From positions 18,414,001 through 18,478,000 of the forward strand of contig NC_088854.1 in NCBI RefSeq assembly GCF_963853765.1: a stretch of DNA of 64,000 bases, read 5' to 3'. The notes beneath the pieces are model-generated. The model saw only the letters and a program-made list of their open reading frames with translations, did not search any database and had not been told where the DNA came from. The stretch is from Magallana gigas. Taxonomy: Eukaryota. Below are positions 26,201-36,257 of the stretch, piece after piece. Made by a program: the position numbers and the translations under genes. The stretch's first letter is position 1. Each line of letters begins with the position of its first letter.

Positions 26201-29187
26201 AATTTCCTTGGCAAAAAAAATGACGTCTGCTGTCGGGATACATGAAACAAACATCGTCGGTTTCTCTCCTTGAAATTTACAACTGTGTTAAAATATCGAC
26301 GTCATAGTTACTTTGAACTTATCAAAGGTGAACAGAAACGACATACGTCACGCTTGAGCCGTCCCCACTCTCAGAAGCTGGCGTTGATGGTGTCTCAGGG
26401 GTCACTGGGGTAGAAGGGGTACCCGGGTTTGAAAATTCTTGGACTTCTAATTCGGGAGTATTTTTCTCTTCTTTTAAAATAAATTAATATATGTGCATAA
26501 ACCCATCAGTAAGTGTGATGTGTTTTTCTATTTTTGAAGAATATGTAGGGTGTCATAAGATACCTGCAATCAACACAGCTGATGTCCATTTCGTGTATTT
26601 ATCTCTAATATCTCTGATATTCAATGGCTGAAAGATCATTTCGTCAACGCCATGTAAACGTAAATCAACTGCAAAGAATAAACGGTACCGAGCAGTCATA
26701 ACGCATATATTTAACACCCCCCCCCCCCCCCCCCGCAATCCGCCTTGGAATTACCATTTTATCTTCTATAAACTGATACACAAAACTTACCATCAGCAGA
26801 TCCCTCAGAAACACCAATGATGACTGTGCTTCTATTACAACTGCTAGCATATCTGACAATGAAACGAAATAAATTAGCTAGACAGTTACATCCTAATAGA
26901 ATATACAGTTTCGACCAAAATATAAAATAACGTATATGACATTTTCTTACCTGATGGATGTGGTGAGACTCAGCATCTCCTGGGACACGGGCATGTCAAT
27001 CATCGCCCAGATCAGGAGGTAGCACTGCGCATTGCATGCCTCGAACGCCTCCTCTATCCGACACACCCGAATCTCGTGGGCTAGCGTCTGTTTGCTGATC
27101 ATGTCTCGTAGATCGATCGCTCGGGGCCCCTCCCCTACCACCAGGGACATTGAATTCATGCCCGAGGTCTGAAAAACATACATATTATTCTGATATATAC
27201 GTACCCCGTTTTTGATCATCGTACCACGTCAAGATGCAACTTGGTCAATGGCCGATGTTTTTTGGTCAGTTGGTCAGATTTGTGTCGTACTGTTTTTGTC
27301 ATACAGAATAAATAGAAAAAAACCCTTTTTTGGTAAATGGCACTAGATAGTTCCTGATACCACTATTCTTTANNNNNNNNNNNNNNNNNNNNNNNNNNNN
27401 NNNNNNNNNNNNNNNNNNNNNNNNNNNNNNNNNNNNNNNNNNNNNNNNNNNNNNNNNNNNNNNNNNNNNNNNNNNNNNNNNNNNNNNNNNNNNNNNNNNN
27501 NNNNNCATTTGTACAAAAGTATTGCAATTCCAAAGTAATGCAAGTAAATTTCACTTCGCATCATATCGTCCAACAACACATGTAAAAGAACTGCAATTTC
27601 CCCAGAGCCCTACCAAATCTGGAAGTTCTCCGATAGAGAAATTGGCGTCTTCAGCTGCATTATCATTGTACACCGAGATATCCTCGAATCCTAGAAAGGA
27701 CTCGGTTCCAATGTTGAGTTCCACCTGCTCGTTGTTATCGTCGCCACTTACATTGTCAAGAGACGATGACACTTCCCCTTCCGTTCCATCGAACTCCTCT
27801 TTCTCGCCTTCAGAACAAGACAAACCTTGCTGCTTCTTTTCTGTCTTTGCAGCCTTGGTTTTAAGTTGTCTGTTTATTTTACGCCTGTTTCTGGCTGCAG
27901 GTTTCATTTTTTATTCTTCCAGCTTTCTTTTTTTCATCTCATACCTCACTACACTTCCATGACTGTTCTAAACTGGACGGGTCAATTCTTTTGTGTTTTA
28001 TACAATGATTACCCTGTGTGTGCCTCACCGATATTTGATTGGACAGAATTCGACACAAACAAGTGCCAAGGCTGTATTCGAAAGGTTTTTGTGTAACAGA
28101 AAGGTCAGGTCAAGCACTGTGTCGTTCACACTGGTGTCACACGCGTGTTCGATATGGATTTCAATCATTATTTATACTGTTATTCAAAAGGTCTGGCTTC
28201 AGTGCTAACTAGAATTGTGGGATGGGGGATATCGTTGGACGCAGGGGAGGGTTAAAGGAGTTAGATTTGTCTTTGTACAACGTATCTTTTAACATGTAAT
28301 AAAATTTCGAACCACGTGGCATGAACTAAAATGTGTATTTTTATTTTCGCCACATTACTGATTGTGACAAATTAAAATAAAAGGCGTTTGTATGTAAAAT
28401 TGAAAAAAAAATTATCATACGATAATTATATCTGATCCATACCATATAAATATGTGAGTTGCCACGTGACCATGAATTGTGCAGTAATGTACGTTAGTTT
28501 AACTCCATCATCCTCCTTTTTTAAAATAACTAAATAAATTAATGTAATAGTACTCTGAATCTGCAAGCTTTTTATTTACAATAATTTAAATGAATTCTCT
28601 AAATACTGGACTGGCAAAGCTACTATCGTTTTCATCCGGTTGATGGGGAGCAAGGCACACCAACAATGTAGTGCAACAACTGATAATACACAGGTGATGT
28701 ATTCGCCCGTACATTTACCTTATGGTAACTCGGTCTCTTTGGTAATATCCGTCGCTTCATGTCTACAAGGGAGGGGTATTTGGTCAGCAAGCTCTGGACA
28801 ACCAACAGAACCTCTCCCCCGGGCTTAAAGTCCGAGCTACAAAACACTCAGAATTAGTCAATTGGAAAATAGTAAAATTCACATTCAATGAACTCGTCAT
28901 ATTGGTTTAGTAACAATAACTGGTGTTCTTTGAATGATCATAAAAAAGTGTTCAGTTGCTCTCTATGAACAAACGTTGTTAAAACTAAAATAGAGTCAAA
29001 TTTAAATTAAGTAATTTCAAATAATTTTAATAAAATAAATGAAATCCATTTCAAAATAAAGCCTTGAAATTGTTAATGCAAACATCATAAATATATAATG
29101 TTTAGTCTTTACCTGTTTACTACTTTATCCGCTATTTCCTCCTTACCTGGGTTTCTTTTTCCTTTGCACGGGTAGTTCGAATTCCAT
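23260..29187 (-). CDS. SOHLH2: Spermatogenesis- and oogenesis-specific bHLH transcription factor, SOHLH2-like; 12 coding exons, ~564 aa
   Basis: Exons (minus strand) 29187-29147, 28836-28719, 27168-26951, 26852-26791, 26668-26564, 26470-26347, 26174-26001, 25916-25769, 25447-25308, 24986-24919, 23980-23825, 23600-23260 are all GT-AG and phase-compatible; total 1695 nt = 565 codons. The bHLH HTTKEKVRRERIKDSCDQLRVLLPYVRGRKTDMASILEMCVEYLKLV closely resembles vertebrate SOHLH2/SOHLH1 as recalled. SOHLH1 versus SOHLH2 orthology needs a tree. Intron 2 contains an N-gap, so extra exons are possible. Confidence 0.85.
24496..24910. mobile_element. MITE (~415 bp) with ~25-30 bp TIRs in SOHLH intron 10
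   Basis: AGAGAGGTTGAGATTTAAAACGTGTAC ... GTACACGTTTGAAATCTCAACCTCTCT, flanked by direct repeat ATTATT (24490-24495 and 24911-24916). An alternative reading is a TTAT TSD with TIRs one base longer. Confidence 0.85.
25057..25274. mobile_element. MITE (218 bp) with TA target duplication, Tc1/mariner-like signature, in SOHLH intron 9
   Basis: TA|CTGTGGAATCATTA ... TAATGATTCCACAG|TA; internal repeated AATTTCGTG/TTCGTGGA motifs. Confidence 0.85.
27373..27505. other. Assembly gap (133 N)
   Basis: Run of N characters. Confidence 1.
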
Positions 29188-29330
29188 CGTGCGTCAGGCA
29201 GAAAATCCAGCAACGTACGACCGAGCGGCCAAACTGCATCTAAATTACTTCCCCCAAAAGGTGAATCACTTTTAGAAGAATGTATGATCAATGACAAATA
29301 TTTTGTCGTAAGTTTCTTTTGATTTTGATT

Positions 29331-29336
29331 CACGTG
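29331..29336. promoter_or_regulatory. Canonical E-box CACGTG ~145 bp upstream of the SOHLH-like ATG
   Basis: The motif is present in the short intergenic region; function is inferred only. Confidence 0.3.
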
Positions 29337-29663
29337 AAAACAGGTCCAGACATGCCGATTGCGATTCAGAGTGCAGGAAATTCTGGGAACACCCTTGTTA
29401 TATTTATAGACCGAGAAACCGTGTGAATGGTGCTCGTGTTAGACCTTGCAGGTAGGTAATTGTCGTTTATTTGTACTCACCAGATAAGTCATTCGGTTAA
29501 ACTCCAGAACTTTTCACGTCGATATCACGAGAAAAAATTTAATTAAGTTAAAGTTTTGAATAATTTATTAATAAATTACAGATCTCTTTAAAATTACATG
29601 ACTGTTCATGAACACGACAAATTGGTTGCTTTACATGTAAGAATGTTGTTTCCTTTTCTCTTG

Positions 29664-32600
29664 CTACCCCGGGAGCTTGATAGGTGAGGCGAACACGGGG
29701 GTGACACTGGCTAGCGGCGACACGGGTGGCGAGCTCCAGGATTTACTGAGGTTCCGTCGGACGGAGGGAGAGCCCGGGGCACTTCTGGTCAGGCGCAGCG
29801 GCGACTTGATGGGGGTAGAGGTCCTATTTATACTGCTTCTGAAATCATACGATTTTGTTAAAGTATTGTCAAGAGCAAAACACTTAATAACATTTCCTTT
29901 AATTATACCAGTTGTATAAGCAACGAGTACTGGCTTTGTAAGTGAGCATTAAATAATATCATAATGATGGATGTACATCTTCTGAGCTAAAAATCAACAA
30001 GAAAACCCGAAAATGAAACTGTATATATTGTAGTGAGCAGGTCCAGTACAATCTCTTGATTTAGCTATATGGCTTGAATAAGCTATATATCTTTTTATAT
30101 AATATTAAGCTATTCAGAATATTTTTTATAAAACCGCAGTTTTTCGAGAAAATGTGACGTGATCAAATTCAATAAAGCCAGAAGGCTCTATTGGTGAGTA
30201 TCGCTGGTCCGTCTGTTTGAAAGTGTGTGTCCTGAATGTGAATTATAATGAGTTTGATCGTTTATCTATCTGTTGATATTTGGTTTTTTATTCTTTTCTC
30301 TTGGGAAGAACATGTGATTTCAGTGGGACTGTGACATATGCAAAAGTTTTCAAATGGATATGGGCTCTGGGTCCCCTCTGCTGAGAGTACGTTTCGTTTA
30401 TTTGATTTGATAAACCTTAAACAGTGTTCATACGGTTGACAGGACTATATTGAAATGTTACACAAGTTAATATTTTGGTTTGTCCATATTTGACTAACAT
30501 GTAGCTGCATTAGTCAAATTGTCAATGTGTATATATTAGACTAACCTTTGACTACACTAGTCAGTCTATGGTTTATTTATATTTGACTGTCCCGTGACTA
30601 CACTAGTCGGTCTGTCAGTTTGTTTATATATGACTGACTAATGACTTTACTAGTCAGTCTCTTTATATTTGACTGACTCATGACTACACGAGTCAGTCTG
30701 TCAGTTTGTTTATATTTGACTGTCTCATGACTACACTAGTCAGTCTGTCAGTTTGTTTATATTTGATTGACTCATGAATACACTAGTCAGTCTGTCAGTT
30801 TGTTTATATTTGACTGTCTCATGTCTTCACTAGTCAGTCTGTCAGTTTATTTATATTTGACTGACCCATACTACACTAGTCAGCCTGTTTATATTTGACT
30901 GTTTTATGTATACACTAGTCAGCCTGTCAGTTTGTTAATATTTGACTGTCTCATGACTACACTAGTCAGTCTGTCATTTTGTTTATATTTGACTGACTCA
31001 TGAATACACTAGTCAGTCTGTTAGTTTGTTTATATTTGACTGTCTCATGTCTACACTAGTCAGTCTGTCAGTTTGTTTAGATTTGACTGTTTTATGACTA
31101 CACTAGTCAGCCTGTCAGTTTGTTTATATTTGACTGTCTCGTGACTACACTAGTCAGTCTGTCAGTTTTTTCATATTTGACTGTCTCATGACTACACTAG
31201 TCAGTCTGTCATTTGTTTAAATTTGACTGACTCATGACTAGACTAGAAAGTTTGTCAGTTTGTTCATATTTGACTGTCTCATGACTACACTAGTCAGTCT
31301 ATGGTTTGTTTATATTTGACTGTCCTGTGACTAAACTAGTCAGTCTGTCATTTTGTGTATATTTGACTGACTAATGAATACACTAGTCAGTCTGTTTTTA
31401 TTTGACTGACACGTGACTACACTTGTCAGTCTGTCAATATTTAACTGATTCGTGACTACACTAATCAGTCTATAAATAAGTTTGTATTTGACTGACTTGC
31501 GACTACACTAGTCAGCCTATCAGTTTGTTTATATTTGACTGACTCGTGACTACACTAGTCAGTCTGTCAGTTTGTTTATATTTGACTGACTTGTGACTAC
31601 ACTAGTTAGTCTGTCATTTGTTTATATTTAACTGATTCGTGACTACACTAGTCAGTCTGTAAATCAGTTCATATTTGACTGACTCGTGACTACACTAGTT
31701 AGTCTGTCAGTTTGTTTATATTTGACTGTCTCATGACTACACTAGTCAGTCTGTCTGTTCATACTTGACTGACTCGTGACTACACTAGTCAGTCTATGGT
31801 TTGTTTACAGTCAGTCTGTCTGGTTTTATACTAGTATATTTGACTAACCTGTGGCTGCAGTCAAGCACTGGTTTACTGGGGACAGAACTTTGGCGTGAGG
31901 CGTTGTAGATTTCTTCCTCTGAGCTGGAATCGGAGCTAGTAATGGAGTAGTTTGTAGAATCGTCCATTCTGTGCATTTTAAAGAAAAGCTTCGATTATAC
32001 AGTATTCTTTCCTACTCATTTTCCTTTGAGCGAATTAAAAAGATGTAGTTTCCAGGAAGAGACTTACAATACAATATACCTTCTACCAGTTTTTGGATCG
32101 TGCATGTGCGTGAACGCAGGATGGTGGTGTTTCTTGTAACTCTCTGGTGGACAATTAAAGTTTAAATCTAAAGGTTTTTGATCGCCATCTCGTTTCCTAT
32201 TAAACACAAAATTGAATGCATAAAATTCTCTGCCATTGAATTTGTAGTATTATCCAACACAAAGTTTGACAAATGATTTGAACCTACCGTCTAAAGGTTT
32301 TGATCAATACTGCAACAAAGAAGCACAGGGCAAAGGCGAAGAAGGCCAAACACCCGCCTACCGCCAGCCCAATCCACGCCGCCTGGTCTGAAAGCAATGA
32401 TCTCATTCAAATACGGCGTCAGTATTTCCGTATTACAACTGCATCATGAAAACTAGTAATTTTATCATATCTAAACATCAATATCAACAGCCTTAGTGAT
32501 TTGACAAACCTTTTAAAAGATCACGTGGTTTGTCCCTAGTTTGTCCCCCCTGTTCCGTTGGAAATACCGGGGTCTTATTTTTGGATGCCCCTAACTCTGC

Positions 32601-33805
32601 TATTTTTCTCAGCTTGCTAACCAGCTCCGATAAGCTGGTTATTTTTCCCTCTTTCTGTGAAGACTGCTCATTGTTTAGGATCTCTTTTTCTATTTTCTCT
32701 TTGTCTTTATTGAGGTCGTCTTCAGCAACAGACGGTGTTTCTTCTTTCTTTTTAGTAGTTTTGCTCAGAAAATTTATGAGTTTTCTCCTCCTTGCATTCT
32801 TATCTTTATCTGAAAGCTTGGTCCAGGGTTGACCGATTCTATCCTTTTCTACCCAATGCCTGGTTTTGTCTTTGTTTGATANNNNNNNNNNNNNNNNNNN
32901 NNNNNNNNNNNNNNNNNNNNNNNNNNNNNNNNNNNNNNNNNNNNNNNNNNNNNNNNNNNNNNNNNNNNNNNNNNNNNNNNNNNNNNNNNNNNNNNNNNNN
33001 NNNNNNNNNNNNNNNNNTATTACTAGTAACCAAGTAAAGATTTTAAAATAATGACTTTTGTGTTGTTTTGACAGTATATTTCTTTAAATTTCAATAATTT
33101 TTGGGAAACAATTAACATAAGGTAAAATTTTTAAGGCCAACAAATTGCGTCAGAAGGGGAATAACTCTTTTTTGTTCGAATCTTTTATTAGAAAATTAAG
33201 TTATATTCCTTTCCAGTACATACGTCATACATGCATAATGCTGTGTGTAGTGCCCAAGACTTATCATTATTTTTAGGGGTCAATCTTAAGTCCATATAAT
33301 TGAAAAAACGCATACAAACTATTTCCCTTATTTTAATTCTAGCCTCCCAATAAAGCTGAGAAAAATTGTGCAAAGAAAAAAGTACCTTTACTTTGGTAAG
33401 ATTCTTTTTCCATCATGTGTTTATTTTTCACATCAGTCAAAAGTTTTTTGACTTTTTCCAATACTTGACGGTGATGATCAATCAGGTTTTTATGATTGAC
33501 CTTGGTCATGACGTCATTGGTTTCCTTTGGTATTGACGCCGACGGAATGGCGACCGGTGATTTCCTAAGAGAATGTTGGGCTTCATCTTCTCTCCTCTTT
33601 GCTGTCTCTATTTGATTATTTTTCACCATTGACTTGATTTGTCGAATGAAGTGAATGATTTTGGCGTATTCTCGCGGTTTGTTAAAGAAAGAATCATCAC
33701 TAAGGATGGTTTGGACCTGGCTACTGCCATTGGCTGATTTTGGGACATCGGGCGTGAACCATGACTTGTCTGGTTCCCAAGGATCAGCTAATATCCCATC
33801 ATAAT
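29664..33805 (-). CDS. Uncharacterised single-pass membrane protein, 5'-incomplete
   Basis: Phase-compatible exons 33805-33386, (gap)32881-32510, 32387-32288 (TM helix AAWIGLAVGGCLAFFAFALCFFVAVLI followed by KTFRRKR), 32196-32080, 31968-31849, 29838-29664 (Ser/Pro-rich tail, TAG stop). One acceptor lies inside the N-gap; the start exon was not identified with certainty. Confidence 0.75.
30548..31848. repeat. ~47-bp hairpin-containing minisatellite, ~28 copies, intronic
   Basis: Unit TTTGACTGTCTCATGACTACACTAGTCAGTCTGTCAGTTTGTTTATA with internal palindrome TGACTA-CAC-TAGTCA. Confidence 0.95.
32882..33017. other. Assembly gap (136 N) cutting a coding exon of the membrane-protein gene
   Basis: Run of N; the minus-strand reading frame is open up to the gap edge at 32881. 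Confidence 1.
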
Positions 33806-35196
33806 CTGAATAAAAAGAAAAGAAAATGTGAGTATGGCGTTCTCTAAATATATTCACAATATACCCGATATTATACAGCTTTATTAAACAGTTTTCTGCG
33901 ATGATGGAAAGTAGACTTAAATTTCGTCAGACATAAAAAATAAATTATATTTTAAAAATTCCAACAAGTGGGACGAATTATTAGTTATATAATAAAATTT
34001 ACTAAGATATTCAATTTAAAAAACTACAATTATTTGATGCATATTCATAAACGATTGACGTTTTTGGTTTATCTTCTCAAATATTTAATTAGCCCCCCCC
34101 CCCCCCCCCCAACTTTATTGTTAACCAACATATTTCTATATAACGTTCAGATATAGAAAAAAAATAGAATTCTAACGAACTGGTCGGTCCACTTATTTTT
34201 GGACAGACGCCGGCTTTGATGAAAATTTTTAAATGAGGCGTATACCATTCGACACGGGAAATAAAAGGAAAATAAATGAACGAATGTTGTTGAGATTGTT
34301 AAGTTGTACACAACATACATCTCTCGCATATAGCCCCTAACTCTGTCACTGTCCTATTAACTCCGTCATTTTCGGGAAACTCCTTGCTGTTTGAAATCAA
34401 GTGCGATTATGATGTCATTTTCTGCATGTCAAAAATTCTCAATCTAATGTCAACAATGACAATGGTTAAACATAACACTGTTACACCTTGATCATTGTAT
34501 ACACCGTTAATTTCATGAAATCAGATAGCCACTTTTTCACGGTTGTACTAAAGTATCGATATCTTTGATAATTTACAGTGGTCAATCATTTTTAGAGAGG
34601 TCAAGGTGAAACATTTCCCACGTAATCTATACATTGTTTTAGCCTGCATCAGCGTTTATGCACTAGTCCTACAATTGATGATAACATCAATTCACTGAGA
34701 CTCTTACCGCATCTATCTGCCTTAGGTCTATACACCGTATATATAAACGCTATTTATATAGAATATGCTACATTTATGTAAAAAAGAAAGAATGTAAACA
34801 ATAATGTATTCAATTGTATATTCATTAATAAATATAAAATATTTGAAATATGTAAGGACAGACATCAAACGGCATCCATACATTCTGAAAAGGTCATTGT
34901 GATTGTTGTTACAAGGACCCTTTTATTTTTGGGAGTTGATTTTTAATCAACTCTCCTATGCAGTCACTCGGACAAATCGAGAGTGAAACAGTGTTTGGAC
35001 CTCAGCACAAATCATTGCTCCTGACAAGACTTAGTTCTTGAAAATAATTGATTAATTCGATGTAATGTATGCTAAAGCATTGTTTTTCAAGGAAACTTAT
35101 TTACAAATACCTTAAAAATAGTCAGATTTTAAATGTTACGAACAATTTAAATATTTTTTGTAGTCGTATATATATTCCTACGCCAGAGTTCAATAT

Positions 35197-35283
35197 AGTG
35201 TCGTCCAACTCGACGCTCGGCTGTCTCCGTAAACCCTTGTCGGAGATTTACGGTGTCAGCCGAGCGTTTGGTTGAACGAGACT
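35197..35283. mobile_element. 87-bp fold-back MITE with a long target-site duplication
   Basis: Imperfect whole-element palindrome AGTGTCGTCCAAC..ACGCTCGGCTG..CCGTAAA / TTTACGG..CAGCCGAGCGT..GTTGAACGAGACT, flanked by AGAGTTCAATAT at 35185-35196 and 35284-35295. Confidence 0.85.
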
Positions 35284-36257
35284 AGAGTTCAATATTGCTT
35301 GGATCCATACAATTTTCGAGAAATATTTCTACCACTGATACATAGTTTGATTGAATTAATTTTATCTTTAAATATTATTTAACAATGATTCACATGGAGG
35401 TTTCCCGACATTCTAATCGAAAAAGTTCAAAAATTCATTTTATAAAAAATATGCGTAATTCAAATTAGAAACTACGTATACATGTACTTGTCATGCAAAA
35501 TAACATATCATTGATTTTAAAATAAATAAACATCGACAAAATCAACTCCCGCCAGTTCTTCAGTACTTTGATTAATATGGCAATCATTTCATTTTGATAG
35601 AATGAAATACCATTTATAAATGATGTGCACCATTTCTACTCTTTATAACTTGGCCAAGATACAAACTGAATTTAAACTAAATAAATGTGTTTTCATTCTT
35701 TTGCAAATTATATGTATTTTTTATAGAGCATATGCCTATGGATGACAGAGTTCAGTAGATATGATAAGCACGTGTGATAAACGTCGTATTCAGTGGGCTT
35801 ATTTGAAAATTTAAAACTATTCAGCTGAATTAGGCGATAAGACTTCCCAAAAACTTGTTCCAAAATTATTCGGTAAGGCCTTACATGTACATGTCGATGA
35901 ATAAAGATAGATAACTCGTGTGTCCAAAATCGAAAATGTCAACAGACTGCACTAAGACTCGGAGAAAAGGCCTTGTATGAAAAAGACAGTTACTAAAGTA
36001 CTCTTCTCTCATATTCTTACCGGTTAATGTTTACGTATGTATTGTAGTTTAACATATTAAACTCATCCATTACTTACATGCATCAAGAATCAGACAGAAG
36101 AGTAAAAGGCGTATAATCTTCAGCATTTCTCAACATAGCCGTATAAGCACTTGTTTATGACGTCATGTAAGACGTCATTCTGTTTTATTGGCATACCTAT
36201 CCCGAACTTATTATAGAAGAATAACAAAACACAACACTGTTTTTCAACAGCACTAGA

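Noticed and set aside
27299-27579. ORFs spanning N runs (also 32792-33051)
   Set aside because: Artefacts of translating assembly gaps.
27551-28200. Acidic 118-aa minus-strand ORF with an upstream PHD-finger-like fragment (..CIKHKRIDPSSLEQSWKCSE) inside SOHLH intron 2
   Set aside because: Frameshifts and stops separate the pieces, the Cys pattern is incomplete, it is not needed for the SOHLH frame, and it borders an N-gap; at most a decayed TE or gene remnant.
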